A DNA stretch of 64,000 nucleotides from Bauldia sp. (GTDB taxonomy: Bacteria; Pseudomonadota; Alphaproteobacteria; Rhizobiales; Kaistiaceae). The position numbers were made by a program, and so were the translations under genes. The notes beneath the pieces are model-generated. The model did not search any database and was not told the DNA's origin. It was given only the letters and a program-made list of their open reading frames with translations. Positions 19,972 through 30,642 of this stretch are shown here, piece after piece. Position 1 is the stretch's first letter; each line of letters starts with the position of its first letter. The stretch is taken from the NCBI GenBank assembly GCA_022841545.1, contig JALHRF010000004.1, positions 1,422 through 65,421 on the forward strand, in the 5' to 3' direction.

Positions 19972-21225
19972 ATGAGCGCGAGCGATTTGGTCGGCGCCCG
20001 CGCAGCCGATCCGGCATCAGCCGCAGGTCCGGCCGTCTCCCGTCGCGCCGCGATCCCGCTGCCGCTCCTCGCCGTTCTGGCCGGCCTCGGTGCGGCGTCG
20101 ATGAACCTGGTGCTGTCGTCGCTGCCGCACCTCCAGGAGGTCTTCGGCGTGGACTACCGCACGACTCAAAGCCTCTTCACCGCCTTCCTTGCCGGGGCCG
20201 CGCTTGGGCAACTCGGCGTCGGCCCCTTGGCCGACGCCTTCGACCGCCGGACGATGCTTCGCGGCGCGCTTGTCGTCTTCATCGCCGGCAGCGTGACGGC
20301 CGCGCTTGCGCCGACGCTGTCCCTCCTCATCGCCGGCCGCTTCCTCCAGGGTCTCGGCGGCGCCGCCTGCCTTGTCCTCGCCGAGGCGATCGTCGCGCGC
20401 GGATCGGCCGGCGCGGCGCTCGCGCGGCGGATCGGCCTCCTCAATGCCGGCATGGCGGTCGCGATCATGCTCGCGCCGCTTGCGGGCGCCGCCGCCGCCA
20501 CGCTTCTCGGCTGGCGCTGGATCTTCTGGCTGCCCGCCGCGGCGGCACTGGCGCTCCTCGCCTGGGCTTCGCGCCTGCCCCCCATGACCGCACCCGGCGG
20601 ACCGGTGGCGGCGGCGCATCTTCTTGACGGCATGGGCCGGCTCCTCCGTTCGCGCCGGTTCGTCACCGGCACGCTCGCCGGCGGCTTCGTGATGGCCAAC
20701 TACTTCTGCCTCGCGGCCTTCGGTCCCTACATCGCCATGACCATCCACGGCCTCGACCGGGTCGAGTACAGCCTGCTCTTCGCCGCCCTCGGCCTCAGCT
20801 ATATCGCCGGGAGCATCGTGTCGGGCCGGCTCTACGCCCGGCATGGCGAACGGCGGATCGTGGTCGCGGCGCTGTCGGCCGGTGTCATCGTCGGCGCTGG
20901 CGGCCTGGCGCTTGCGACTGCCGGCGCCCTCGACAAGCACGCCTTCCTTCTGGTGGGGCTCGTGGTCGCCACCGGCGCAGGGTTGACATTGCCCTCAGCC
21001 ACCCGCCGCGCGCTCACCGCCGCGGCGGGGTCGGCCGGGGCGGCCGCGGGCCTCTTCAATTTCGCCATCTTCGGCATCGGCGGTCTCGTCACCCACATGG
21101 TCGGCGGCAACCTCGACGCCGGAGCCACGGTCGCCTTGGCGGCCCTGCCGGCGGTCACGCTCGTCGCGCTCGTCGCCGTCCTCGCCGGCTATGGCCGCAC
21201 CCTCCCGGGCCCGGCGCTCCGCTGA
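19972..21225 (+). CDS. MFS exporter, Bcr/CflA (DHA1) family
   Basis: GQLGVGPLADAFDRR motif A, GRFLQGLG, GWRWIF; about 12 hydrophobic segments. Confidence 0.88.
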   Translation: MSASDLVGARAADPASAAGPAVSRRAAIPLPLLAVLAGLGAASMNLVLSSLPHLQEVFGVDYRTTQSLFTAFLAGAALGQLGVGPLADAFDRRTMLRGALVVFIAGSVTAALAPTLSLLIAGRFLQGLGGAACLVLAEAIVARGSAGAALARRIGLLNAGMAVAIMLAPLAGAAAATLLGWRWIFWLPAAAALALLAWASRLPPMTAPGGPVAAAHLLDGMGRLLRSRRFVTGTLAGGFVMANYFCLAAFGPYIAMTIHGLDRVEYSLLFAALGLSYIAGSIVSGRLYARHGERRIVVAALSAGVIVGAGGLALATAGALDKHAFLLVGLVVATGAGLTLPSATRRALTAAAGSAGAAAGLFNFAIFGIGGLVTHMVGGNLDAGATVALAALPAVTLVALVAVLAGYGRTLPGPALR

Positions 21226-21324
21226 AACGGACGAAACACCTTTGTCCGTTCGCGGACGTCCGCCTGAAACGAAGCGCCGCGATGATCCTCGCATCAGGTT
21301 TGGCTGATCTCACAGGAGGGCATC

Positions 21325-22950
21325 ATGAACGCGCAGGTCCGGCAGCTGAATGTCGAAGTCCGTGGTCGCCCGACCCCGGCCTATCGCTGGTCCGACGCGA
21401 GCGACGCCGCGAACCACAGCCGCGCCGCCCTGGCGCTGGTGCGCCGCCGCGGCGACGACGCGATCGGCTTCGTCGCCGACCCGCGTTTCGACGAAATCGA
21501 CGGCATCCTGGCCGATCCCGAGGTCGATCTCCTTGGCCTCCTGCCGCCGCTTCATCCCGAACGCCTCGGCGATCCCGCCTTCCTCCGCGCCCATCACTGC
21601 CGCTTCGCCTATGTCGTCGGCGAGATGGCGCGCGGCATCGCGACGCCGGCCATGGTGATCGCCGCCGCCCGCGAAGGCATGCTCGGCTTCCACGGCAGCG
21701 CCGGCCTGTCGCTTGACGCCATCGAGACGCAGATCGGCGAGATCAGGGCCGCTCTCGGCGAGGCCGGCAACTGGGGCGCCAACCTCATCGCCAATCTCGA
21801 CCATCCGGAGAAGGAGATGGAGACGGCGGCTCTCTTCCTCCGCCTCGGCGTTCGCCGGGTCTCCGCCTCCGCCTTCCTCAAGCTCACGCCGGCGGTGGTC
21901 AGGATCGCCGCCAGCGGTCTGACCAGAGGCCTCGACGGCAAGGCCGTGCGCCGCAATTTCGTCTTCGCCAAGGTCTCCCGGCCCGAAGTGGCCGAGGCCT
22001 TTCTCTCGCCCGCGCCCAAGGCGATGCTCGAGGCGCTGGTCGCGGCCGGCCATATCAGCGCCGGCGAAGCCGCACTCGCGGCGACGATTCCCGTCGCAAG
22101 CGATCTCACGGTCGAATCCGATTCCGGCGGCCATACCGACAACCGGCCGCTGACGGCGATCTTCCCGTCCATTCTCCGCCTTCGTGACGATCTCGCTTCG
22201 CGCCACGGCTTCGTCGAGCCGACGCGGGTGGGGGCGGCCGGCGGCCTCGGCACGCCCGCCGGGGTCGCCGCCGCCTTCCAGCTCGGCGCGGCCTATGTCG
22301 TCACCGGCTCGGTCAACCAGGCGACGGCCGAATCGGGCCTCTGCGAGCAGGGCAAGGAGATGCTGGTGAAGGCCGGCGTCGCCGATGTCGCCATGGCCCC
22401 GGCGGCCGACATGTTCGAGCTCGGCATCAAGGTCCAGGTGCTGAAGCGCGGCAGCATCTTCGCCGCCCACGCCAACCGGCTGTATGAGCTTTACCGCCGC
22501 CACGACTCGCTCGAGGCGCTGCCGGCGAAGGATCGCGACTGGCTGGAGAAGCAGATCCTGAAGATGCCGGTCGACCGCGCCTGGGCCGAGGTCCGCGCCT
22601 ACCAGCTCCGCAAGGGCAACCCGGAGAAGGTGGCGAAAGCCGAGGCCGAGCCGAAGCTGAAGCTGGCGATGATCTTCCGCCGCCACCTCTTCCTCTGCTC
22701 GCAATGGGCCCGCGACGGCAACGACGAGCGCAAGGCCGACTACCAGATCTGGTGCGGCCCGGCGATGGGCGCCTTCAACGACTGGGTGCGCGGCTCGTTC
22801 CTCGAGAGCCTCCCCAACCGGAGCGTGGCCCAGATCGGCAAGAACCTGCTCGAGGGCGCGGCCATCATCCAGCGGGCCCAGCAGCTCCGGGCCTTCGGTC
22901 TGCCGATCCGGCCGGATGCTTTCGCGTATCGGCCGCGGCTCCTAGGCTAA
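21325..22950 (+). CDS. pfaD: PfaD family enoyl reductase (PUFA/trans-AT PKS type, FabK-like TIM barrel)
   Basis: FAKVSRPEVA, ESDSGGHTDNRP, GAAGGLGTP, TGSVNQ, MAPAADMFELG, DYQIWCGPAMGAFNDW. Confidence 0.88.
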   Translation: MNAQVRQLNVEVRGRPTPAYRWSDASDAANHSRAALALVRRRGDDAIGFVADPRFDEIDGILADPEVDLLGLLPPLHPERLGDPAFLRAHHCRFAYVVGEMARGIATPAMVIAAAREGMLGFHGSAGLSLDAIETQIGEIRAALGEAGNWGANLIANLDHPEKEMETAALFLRLGVRRVSASAFLKLTPAVVRIAASGLTRGLDGKAVRRNFVFAKVSRPEVAEAFLSPAPKAMLEALVAAGHISAGEAALAATIPVASDLTVESDSGGHTDNRPLTAIFPSILRLRDDLASRHGFVEPTRVGAAGGLGTPAGVAAAFQLGAAYVVTGSVNQATAESGLCEQGKEMLVKAGVADVAMAPAADMFELGIKVQVLKRGSIFAAHANRLYELYRRHDSLEALPAKDRDWLEKQILKMPVDRAWAEVRAYQLRKGNPEKVAKAEAEPKLKLAMIFRRHLFLCSQWARDGNDERKADYQIWCGPAMGAFNDWVRGSFLESLPNRSVAQIGKNLLEGAAIIQRAQQLRAFGLPIRPDAFAYRPRLLG

Positions 22951-23077
22951 CGGGGCTTCGATGTACTTCTGGTCGAGACCGGTAACCAAGCCACCACAGT
23001 GTTTGTCCGACACGCTTTTCGACCCGGCGGGATATCGGTAAGATTGCCGAGGCGCTAGAGGAAAGGCCTGGCTGGGG

Positions 23078-23800
23078 ATGGCCCGCGTAACCCACATTGC
23101 CGTCGTCGATGACGAGCCCGAAATCCGGGAGTCGATCGACGAGTATCTGACCATGCATGGCTTCAAGGTGAGCCAGGCGGATGGCGGCACGGCGCTCCGC
23201 CGCCTCTTCGCCAGGCAAGGGAGCGAGATCGACCTCGTCATCCTCGACGTGCGCATGCCGGGCGAGGACGGCCTTTCGCTGGCGCGCTGGCTCCGCGAGC
23301 ACGCCCGGGTCGGGGTGATCATGGTCACCGCCTCGGGCGAGACCGTCGACCGCATCACCGGCCTCGAGGTCGGCGCGGATGACTACGTCGCCAAGCCCTT
23401 CGACCTCCGGGAACTCCTTGCGCGGGTGCGCAGCGTGCTCCGCCGGGTCGCGGCGATGCCGACCAAGCCGACCATGCCGGACCAGGTGCGCTTCGGGAAA
23501 TTCATCCTCGACCTCGGGGCCAAGCGGCTCTCGACCGAGGGTGGCGACGACATCCAGCTCACCAGCATGGAGTTCGACCTCCTCAAGGTCTTCGCCACGC
23601 ACCCCAACCGTGTGCTCTCGCGCGACCAGCTGCTCGACCTCGCCCATGGCCGGGGCTCGGAGCCGTTCGACCGGTCGATCGACATCCGGGTCACCCGGCT
23701 TCGCCGCAAGATCGAATCGGTCCCCGACCACCCCGAGGTGATCAAGACGGTACGCGGCGCGGGCTACATGTTCGTCCCTGACGAGACCGGAAGGGTTTGA
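23078..23800 (+). CDS. OmpR family two-component response regulator
   Basis: REC (VVDDE, LDVRMPG, GADDYVAKPF) plus winged helix (SRDQLL, DRSIDIRVTRLRRKIE, TVRGAGY). Confidence 0.95.
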   Translation: MARVTHIAVVDDEPEIRESIDEYLTMHGFKVSQADGGTALRRLFARQGSEIDLVILDVRMPGEDGLSLARWLREHARVGVIMVTASGETVDRITGLEVGADDYVAKPFDLRELLARVRSVLRRVAAMPTKPTMPDQVRFGKFILDLGAKRLSTEGGDDIQLTSMEFDLLKVFATHPNRVLSRDQLLDLAHGRGSEPFDRSIDIRVTRLRRKIESVPDHPEVIKTVRGAGYMFVPDETGRV

Positions 23801-24029
23801 CGCGTCCTGTCATCGCTGCGTGAGGAAGCGCCTGCCGGCGACAGGGGCGCGCCCACCACCGGCCGGTGCCGCATGGCGGCGAGGGTCGCCTCCCACCACC
23901 AGCCTCGCCGCGTCCATCCGGTCGCAACCCGGACTTCCCACAGCCCCCTGTGCGGGGTGACGGATCGGTGTTCGCCTTGCCGCCGCCGCGATAACCTGAG
24001 ACACCGGCCGCCAACCCCGGAGGCCTGCC

Positions 24030-24959
24030 ATGACCGATCCCATCACCGGCATCCACCACATCACGGCGATCGCCGCCGACACCCAGCGCTCGATCGATTT
24101 CTACACCGGCGTGCTCGGCCTCAGCCTGGTCAAGCTCACCGTCAACTTCGACGATCCAGGCACCTACCACCTCTATTTCGGCGACGCGGATGGCCGCCCC
24201 GGCTCGATCCTCACTTTCTTCCCCTTCGCCATGGCGGCCCCCGGAAGGGCGGGCGCCGGCGTGGTCGACACCACCACGTTTCTGGTCCCTGCCGATTCCC
24301 TTGAGGACTGGATCGTGAAGCTCGAGGGCCACGGCGTCGTCACGCAAGGCCCCGACGAGCGCTTCGGCCAGCCCTTCATCGCCTTCACCGACCCCGATGG
24401 CCTCAAGCTGGAACTGGCCGCGGCCGCATCCGGCGCCGGCGACGCCATCCTCGGCTTCGCCGGGGCAACGCTATGGAGCCTCGCGCCGGACCGCACCCTC
24501 CGGCTCCTCACCGAAGGGCTCGGCTATACGGTGACGGGCGAGGAGCCCGGCCGCACCCGCCTCCGCGCCGCAGGCGATGCCGCCATCGGCCGCCACCTCG
24601 ATGTGATCACCGCGACCGGCGCGACCCGGGCGCGTCCCGGCGCCGGAACGGTCCACCATATCGCCTTCCGGGTTCCCGACGATGTGGCGCAGGAGGCGTG
24701 GCGGGAGAAGATTGCGGCCCTCGGCTATGACGTCACCCCGGTGATCGACCGCCAGTATTTCCACTCAATCTATTTCCGCGAGCGCGGCGGCATCCTGTTC
24801 GAGATCGCCACCGACCCGCCCGGCTTCGCGGTCGACGAGACGCCCCACCGCCTCGGCACCGCCCTGATGCTCCCGGCCCGTTACGAGCGCGACCGCGAGC
24901 GCATCGAGAAGCGGCTGCCGCCGGTCCGCCTTCCGGGCGGCGGGACCGTCGGCGGCTGA
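24030..24959 (+). CDS. Ring-cleaving dioxygenase / VOC family (MhqO/PcpA-like)
   Basis: GIHHITA, TVNFDDPGTYHLYFG, VHHIAF, DRQYFHSIYFRE, EIATD. Confidence 0.92.
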   Translation: MTDPITGIHHITAIAADTQRSIDFYTGVLGLSLVKLTVNFDDPGTYHLYFGDADGRPGSILTFFPFAMAAPGRAGAGVVDTTTFLVPADSLEDWIVKLEGHGVVTQGPDERFGQPFIAFTDPDGLKLELAAAASGAGDAILGFAGATLWSLAPDRTLRLLTEGLGYTVTGEEPGRTRLRAAGDAAIGRHLDVITATGATRARPGAGTVHHIAFRVPDDVAQEAWREKIAALGYDVTPVIDRQYFHSIYFRERGGILFEIATDPPGFAVDETPHRLGTALMLPARYERDRERIEKRLPPVRLPGGGTVGG

Positions 24960-25025
24960 GGCTCGCCCTCATGCCGCAGAATCCGCTAAGGTCGCCGGAA
25001 GGCAGAACCTGAGGGGGGTGACAGC

Positions 25026-26012
25026 ATGGCGCGCGTCGTGGTGATCGGAGGAAGCGGACATGTCGGCACCTATCTGGTGCCGCGCCTCGTCGCCGCCGGG
25101 CACGAGGTGGTCAACGTCGCCCGTGGCGCGCGGCAGCCCTACAGCCCCCATGCGGCCTGGGATTCGGTCGAGACCGTGGCGATCGACCGCGACGCGGCCG
25201 AAGTCTCCGGCACCTTCGGCGGAAAGATCCGCGACCTGCGTCCCGACATCGTCATCGACATGATCTGCTTCACGCTGCCGAGCGCGGAGCATATCGTCGC
25301 CGCGCTCCGCGGCCACGTCGCCCACTTCCTCCACTGCGGCACGATCTGGGTCCACGGCCATGCCGTCGCCGTCCCCACCACCGAGGCGGCGCCACGCCGC
25401 CCCTTCGGCGAGTACGGCATCCAGAAGGCCGCGATCGAGGCGTTCCTCCTTGCCGCCGCACGCCGCGACGGGTTCCCGGCGACCATCGTTCATCCCGGCC
25501 ATATCGTCGGCCCCGGCTGGCGTCCGCTCAATCCGGCCGGCCACTTCAACCCCTCCGCCTTCACCACGCTCGCCCGCGGCGAAGAGCTGGCGCTCCCGAA
25601 TTTCGGGCTGGAGACCGTGCATCACGTTCATGCCGACGACGTCGCCCAGGTCTTCATGCAGGCGATCGCCAACTGGAGCGTCGCGGTCGGCGAGTCCTTC
25701 CACGCCGTCTCGCCGCAGGCGGTGACGCTGCGCGGCTATGCGGAGGCGATGGCCGCCTGGTTCGGCCGCGAGCCGCGCCTCGTCTGCAAGCCCTTCGACC
25801 AATGGAAGGCGGGGCACACCGCCGAGGATGCCACCGCGACATGGGAACACATCGCCAGGAGCCCTTCCTGCAGCATCGCGAAGGCCGAACGGCTCATCGG
25901 CTACCGCCCGCGCTACGCGTCGGTCGCCGCCGTGGAGGAAGCGGTCGCGTGGCTGATCGCCGACGGCCAGGTCGAGGCTGGCCCTGTTCCCTCGGGGCGG
26001 TCCATGGCGTAA
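25026..26012 (+). CDS. NAD-dependent epimerase/dehydratase family protein
   Basis: GGSGHVG, YGIQK (YxxxK), HVHADDVA. Confidence 0.88.
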   Translation: MARVVVIGGSGHVGTYLVPRLVAAGHEVVNVARGARQPYSPHAAWDSVETVAIDRDAAEVSGTFGGKIRDLRPDIVIDMICFTLPSAEHIVAALRGHVAHFLHCGTIWVHGHAVAVPTTEAAPRRPFGEYGIQKAAIEAFLLAAARRDGFPATIVHPGHIVGPGWRPLNPAGHFNPSAFTTLARGEELALPNFGLETVHHVHADDVAQVFMQAIANWSVAVGESFHAVSPQAVTLRGYAEAMAAWFGREPRLVCKPFDQWKAGHTAEDATATWEHIARSPSCSIAKAERLIGYRPRYASVAAVEEAVAWLIADGQVEAGPVPSGRSMA

Positions 26013-26044
26013 AGGGATCGCGTCCCGGTCACGGAATCCGCCTT

Positions 26045-27154
26045 TTGCGTATCCTCCTTCACGTCGGCATGCCCAAGGCCGGCTCGTCCGCGCTTCAGGC
26101 CGCGCTCGCCGCCGAGCGCGACCGGCTGGCACGCCTCGGCATCCTCTATCCGCGCGGACCCTTCATCCCCCGCACCCATAACTTCCTCCTTGCCGGCATC
26201 GCGGAGAAGAAGCGCGAGCTCCCGCGCCTCCTCCATAACGCCTATCGCGACCGCCTGGATGACATCGAGCCGGCCTTTGCCGCATGGATGGCAAGCCTCA
26301 AGGCCGCCATCGCGTCCCGCCGCCCCGAAACCCTGGTCCTCTCGTCCGAGTGGCTGTTCCGCCTGCGCGCCGACAGCAAGTTCGATCGGCTCTCCGCGAT
26401 CCTCGGGAGCCTCGGCGGCAGCGTCGAGGTCGTTGCCTTCGTCCGCCGGCCGTCGGACCAGTATCTCTCCTCCGCCCAGCAGATCCTCAAGGGCTCGCAC
26501 GTCATCAAGCCGGTGGCGCCGATCCGCTACCGCGCCCCGCTCGAAGGCTTCGCCCGCATCGCCGACCGTATGCACGTCGTCAAGTATGACCGGAGCGCCT
26601 TCCCGGAAGGCGACATCGTCCGGCACTTCCTCCAGACCTTCATGCCCGAGGCGAGCCACGTCGCCATGGCGGCCGGCGCCAATGCGGTCAACGCCACGAT
26701 CAGCGCGGAGGGGATGTACGTTCTCGCCCGCTACCGGCGCGTCAACCACCGGCGGCGACGGAACCGCTTCACCGCGGACACCGATCGCCTGCTTGAGGCG
26801 ATCCGCGCCGCCGACGTCTCCGTGGGCGGCGATCTCCGACCGCGGCTCCTCGAGCCGGTCCGGGACGCCATCGATCTTGCCTCCGACGACCTTCTGTGGC
26901 TTCGCGACACCTATGGCATCGTCTTCGACGGCATCGACTATGACCGCATCGTCGCGCCGAGCGTGCCGATCCGGGAGATGAAATACCGGCCGAAGCGCAT
27001 CGACGAGATCTGCGTCATCGATCCCGAACGCCTCGACAAGCTCACGATGCGCACCATGAACGCGCTTGCGACCGACCCGAAGCTGCTGCGGGTCGGCCTC
27101 TTCCGGACGCTCAGTCTCTGGCTAGGAGGCCCTGCAGCGTCGCGGCGGCGCTGA
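26045..27154 (+). CDS. Sulfotransferase-like P-loop protein
   Basis: LLHVGMPKAGSSALQ, LYP, LSSE, FVRRP motifs; TTG start inferred. Confidence 0.7.
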   Translation: MRILLHVGMPKAGSSALQAALAAERDRLARLGILYPRGPFIPRTHNFLLAGIAEKKRELPRLLHNAYRDRLDDIEPAFAAWMASLKAAIASRRPETLVLSSEWLFRLRADSKFDRLSAILGSLGGSVEVVAFVRRPSDQYLSSAQQILKGSHVIKPVAPIRYRAPLEGFARIADRMHVVKYDRSAFPEGDIVRHFLQTFMPEASHVAMAAGANAVNATISAEGMYVLARYRRVNHRRRRNRFTADTDRLLEAIRAADVSVGGDLRPRLLEPVRDAIDLASDDLLWLRDTYGIVFDGIDYDRIVAPSVPIREMKYRPKRIDEICVIDPERLDKLTMRTMNALATDPKLLRVGLFRTLSLWLGGPAASRRR

Positions 27155-28154
27155 GCAGGACCGCAAGGTCGCCCTTGTCGAAGGACGCGGGGGCGTCGAG
27201 GTTGGGCTCCGGATGGGGTCCCGCGAGCCCCCGCCGGAAGTCCTCGTCCAGCGCCTCCCGGTCCCCTGGCGAGAGCCAGGGCTTGATCGCTTCGAGGTCC
27301 GGCCGGTTCCGTTCCAGAATGCGGATACGGTCCGCGGGGCCGATCGTCACCACCTTGGGGCTCGACGAGAGCCTTTCCTCGATCGGCGCCAGCACCAGGT
27401 TGATCTCGTGGCGGAGCGAGCGGTCGATCTCGATGTTCCGCGCCTTGAGCGCGTCGAAGATCATGCCGCGGATGACGTGGCCGGTCACCGACATGGGGGC
27501 ATTGGCATAGACCTCGGTCACGACCTCCGGCCGGGTCGTATCCACCCCGGCGGCGGCGAAGATCGAACGGATGTAGTCCTCGTAGCGGTCCTTGGCGAAG
27601 TAGAGGACCCGGACCCGCTCCGCCCCCAGGCGCGCCGTCCAGTGCTCGATATCGGCCCTGTACTCGACGACGTCGCGGCTCCTGGTCCGCCCGCGGCCGG
27701 CCCGCAGCATCTGGTTGTTCATCGAATCGATCATCTCGTCCGGGCGGCGGATCGCGTAGACGACGGTGACGTCGCTGGAGAGCCCGTCGAAATACTCGAG
27801 GAACCGGTGCTTTAAGGCCGCTTGCGAAAAGGAGAGGAGCTCGGTCGAGACGAATATGCGGGCGGCCGCGGATCTTTGCGCTTCGGCCGCAAGCTTCTTC
27901 CGGTTGGCGGCGAAGGCGCTGTCCCGGTCCGGGATCATGTCGTCAGAGGACTTCAGGGAGGCCTTGGCGGAATGAAACAGGAGGTGGTGCGCGATCGAAT
28001 CCTCGTCCGGTATGCCCTGGTTGGCGCGGACGCCGGTGCTGGGGTAGAGGACACCGAAATCCTTGAGGAAACGATCGCGATTCTTCTGGGCGATAGCCTG
28101 GATCGTGCTGGTCGCCGTCTTGTAGCACCCCGCATGGATGACAACCGATACCAT
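27111..28154 (-). CDS. Sulfotransferase-like P-loop protein
   Basis: VIHAGCYKTATSTIQ, LYP, VSTE, IRRP motifs. Confidence 0.72.
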   Translation of the reverse strand: MVSVVIHAGCYKTATSTIQAIAQKNRDRFLKDFGVLYPSTGVRANQGIPDEDSIAHHLLFHSAKASLKSSDDMIPDRDSAFAANRKKLAAEAQRSAAARIFVSTELLSFSQAALKHRFLEYFDGLSSDVTVVYAIRRPDEMIDSMNNQMLRAGRGRTRSRDVVEYRADIEHWTARLGAERVRVLYFAKDRYEDYIRSIFAAAGVDTTRPEVVTEVYANAPMSVTGHVIRGMIFDALKARNIEIDRSLRHEINLVLAPIEERLSSSPKVVTIGPADRIRILERNRPDLEAIKPWLSPGDREALDEDFRRGLAGPHPEPNLDAPASFDKGDLAVLLSAAATLQGLLARD

Positions 28155-28345
28155 GTGGTTCCAGACATCCTCGTTGCGCAGGGGCGCGCCACAGACTCGC
28201 GGGCTCTACCCTATGCTTAAGCGCAGCCGCCCCGGAAAGTCGATAGACGAGGCCCAGGCCTGACCCGCGACACCGGAAAGGGTTGGACAGCCGCAGTTCC
28301 CGAGGCTACCAAAATACGCTCCTCCACGCTCCAGCGAACGCGCAA

Positions 28346-29332
28346 ATGACGGTTGTACTCCACATCGGCACCCACAAGACCGGCACGACCGCTATCCAGC
28401 GCTTTGCCGCCTCGAAGCGCGGCAAGCTCCGTTCGCGCGGACTCTGGTATCCTTCATACGATGAGATCGGGCTGTTTGTTCACTACGGCCACCATCACAT
28501 CGCCCACGCCATCGCCAATGAGCAGGGCAACCGGCTCTCGATCGACGACACGCAGCGGTTCGTCGACTACGTCCAGGCGAAGAAGCGTCGAAACGAAACG
28601 GTGCTGATCAGCGCCGAGCCGTTCTATCGCCACCTCCTCCCCACCGAGGGCGGATACTGGGCCGAGAGGAAGGCCTATATCGATCGCGTCCGGTCGTTCT
28701 TTCCGTCCCCGGACGTGAAGATTCTCGCCATCGTGCGGCGGCAGGATACCTTCGCCCGCTCACTCTACCAGGAGCGCGTGAAGGTCACCAAGTACCGGCT
28801 CAAGTTCCGCGATTTCCTCGTCACCGAGCGGCCCTCCTTCGAATACTACAGCCATCTTCGGCTGTTCAACGATGCGTTCGGCAATGTCGAGGTCCTCACC
28901 TACGAGGATCTCGCAGCACGTGGCCTGATCGATGCGTTTTTTTCCCATCTCGGCATCGATGTGTCCGACATCCCGGGGCGCCCAAGCGCCAATCAGTCGC
29001 TGCCGATCGACCTGGTCGAATTCAAGCGCATCCTCAACTCCACACCGCTCAAGCCCGAGCGGCTCAAGGAGATCGGCACCCTCCTTCTCGACCGCACCGA
29101 CCGGAGCAAGATCGAACAAGGCAAGGTGGACTGGCTCTCGGTCGAGGAGATGGCCGCCTTCTACGACTCCTTCGCCGAGGAGAACGAGAAGCTTCGCAAG
29201 GACTACCTGCCGGGACGTCCGCCGCCGCTGTTTCCGCCCTTCGTCATGCCGACCGGGACGGATGTGCCGGAAGTCTATGGCGGCATGTCCGCCAACCGCC
29301 TGGCCCATCTTGTCGCGGAGCTTCTGCTTTGA
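28346..29332 (+). CDS. Sulfotransferase-like P-loop protein
   Basis: VLHIGTHKTGTTAIQ, WYP, ISAE, VRRQD, ANQS motifs. Confidence 0.75.
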   Translation: MTVVLHIGTHKTGTTAIQRFAASKRGKLRSRGLWYPSYDEIGLFVHYGHHHIAHAIANEQGNRLSIDDTQRFVDYVQAKKRRNETVLISAEPFYRHLLPTEGGYWAERKAYIDRVRSFFPSPDVKILAIVRRQDTFARSLYQERVKVTKYRLKFRDFLVTERPSFEYYSHLRLFNDAFGNVEVLTYEDLAARGLIDAFFSHLGIDVSDIPGRPSANQSLPIDLVEFKRILNSTPLKPERLKEIGTLLLDRTDRSKIEQGKVDWLSVEEMAAFYDSFAEENEKLRKDYLPGRPPPLFPPFVMPTGTDVPEVYGGMSANRLAHLVAELLL

Positions 29333-30642
29333 CGGCAAGCGCTGCAACGCGCCGCAATTTACCGGAGCCGGCCCTCGACGCCGGCCCGACCGATGACGCC
29401 CGCCGCGGTGACCTCGCGCCCCGGTTCCGCCACGGCAAGAAGATTGCCATCGTCATCCGGTTGCTGGTCAATCGCAGCGGCGGCGCCGAACGCATCTACT
29501 GTGAATTGGCCAACATGCTCGCCGCCCGCGGCTACGATGTCACGTGCCTCCACTACGATGCCGTCCAGGGCAAGCCCTTCTTCACGATCGACCACCGCGT
29601 CGAGCTGATCAACCTTCACCCGGAAGCGCTGCCGTTCCGCCACCGCTTCAAGCACTGGTCCTCGCGGCGCTTCTTTGTACCGCGCTCGCTCCGCGAGCGG
29701 TGGGGATGGTTCGCGGTCAACGACATTTTCATCGCGCAGCTCCGCGACTACTTCGCGCTCCGGAAGCCCGACGTCGTTCTCGCTTTCATGCCGCCCGCCA
29801 ATAAGCCGGCGCTGCTCGCTGCGGCGAGCACCGGCGCGAAGGTAGTGCCGACCAATCACAACGTGCCGCATGAGGACTACACCTCGCCGGAGCGATGGGA
29901 CCCCAATCCGATCGACCGCCAGATGCGGCTCGCGGCGCTTGATCACGCCGCTCGCATCCACGTCATCTTCCCCGGCTTCGGCGAGTGGTTCCCGGATCAC
30001 CTCCGCGCGCGCGTCGTCGCCATGCCCAACTATGTATCCGGCGAGATCCTCCGCGCGACCCCGCAGCCGGTGCGTGAGCCCTGCATTCTCGCCGTGGGAC
30101 GTCTTGCGGGGGTCAAGAACTACGACACGCTCCTTGCCGCCTGGGCGCTGATCGCCAAGGATCATCCGGAATGGAAGGTGGTCGTCTACGGCGCCGGTCC
30201 GCAGCTCAAGACCCTCAAGGCCGAAGCGAAACAGCTCGGCGTCGAGGAGTCCTTTCTGCTTCCGGGACATCGCGGCAACCTCGGCGAGGAATATGCGCGG
30301 ATGTCGATCTTCTGCCATCCGGCCTATTTCGAGGGATTCGGCCTGTCGGTGGCCGAGGCTTTGGCGCTCGGGATGCCGGTGGTCGCTTTCTCCGACTGTG
30401 CGGGCGTGAACGAATTCGTCGTCGACGGAGAGAATGGCCTGATGGTGGATCGGGCCGGCGGCGCGCCCGCCCTCGCGGCCGCGCTGAAGCGCCTGATCGA
30501 GGACGAGGCGCTCCGTCGCCGTCTCGGCGAGAATGCCCCGGCGAGCGTGGCCCATTTCACCGAGGAGCGCTATGCCGAGGGCTGGATTGACCTGATCGAA
30601 GACCTGACCAAACCGGCAGCGGCCAGCAATGGCGACGCTTGA
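29329..30642 (+). CDS. Glycosyltransferase family 4
   Basis: GGAER, VGRL..KN, FEGFGLSVAEALALGMPVV (EX7E), ENGL. Confidence 0.92.
   Translation: MTASAATRRNLPEPALDAGPTDDARRGDLAPRFRHGKKIAIVIRLLVNRSGGAERIYCELANMLAARGYDVTCLHYDAVQGKPFFTIDHRVELINLHPEALPFRHRFKHWSSRRFFVPRSLRERWGWFAVNDIFIAQLRDYFALRKPDVVLAFMPPANKPALLAAASTGAKVVPTNHNVPHEDYTSPERWDPNPIDRQMRLAALDHAARIHVIFPGFGEWFPDHLRARVVAMPNYVSGEILRATPQPVREPCILAVGRLAGVKNYDTLLAAWALIAKDHPEWKVVVYGAGPQLKTLKAEAKQLGVEESFLLPGHRGNLGEEYARMSIFCHPAYFEGFGLSVAEALALGMPVVAFSDCAGVNEFVVDGENGLMVDRAGGAPALAAALKRLIEDEALRRRLGENAPASVAHFTEERYAEGWIDLIEDLTKPAAASNGDA

Noticed and set aside
21325-22950. Complete PUFA synthase or PKS cluster
   Set aside because: No ketosynthase, ACP, acyltransferase or PPTase genes in the window
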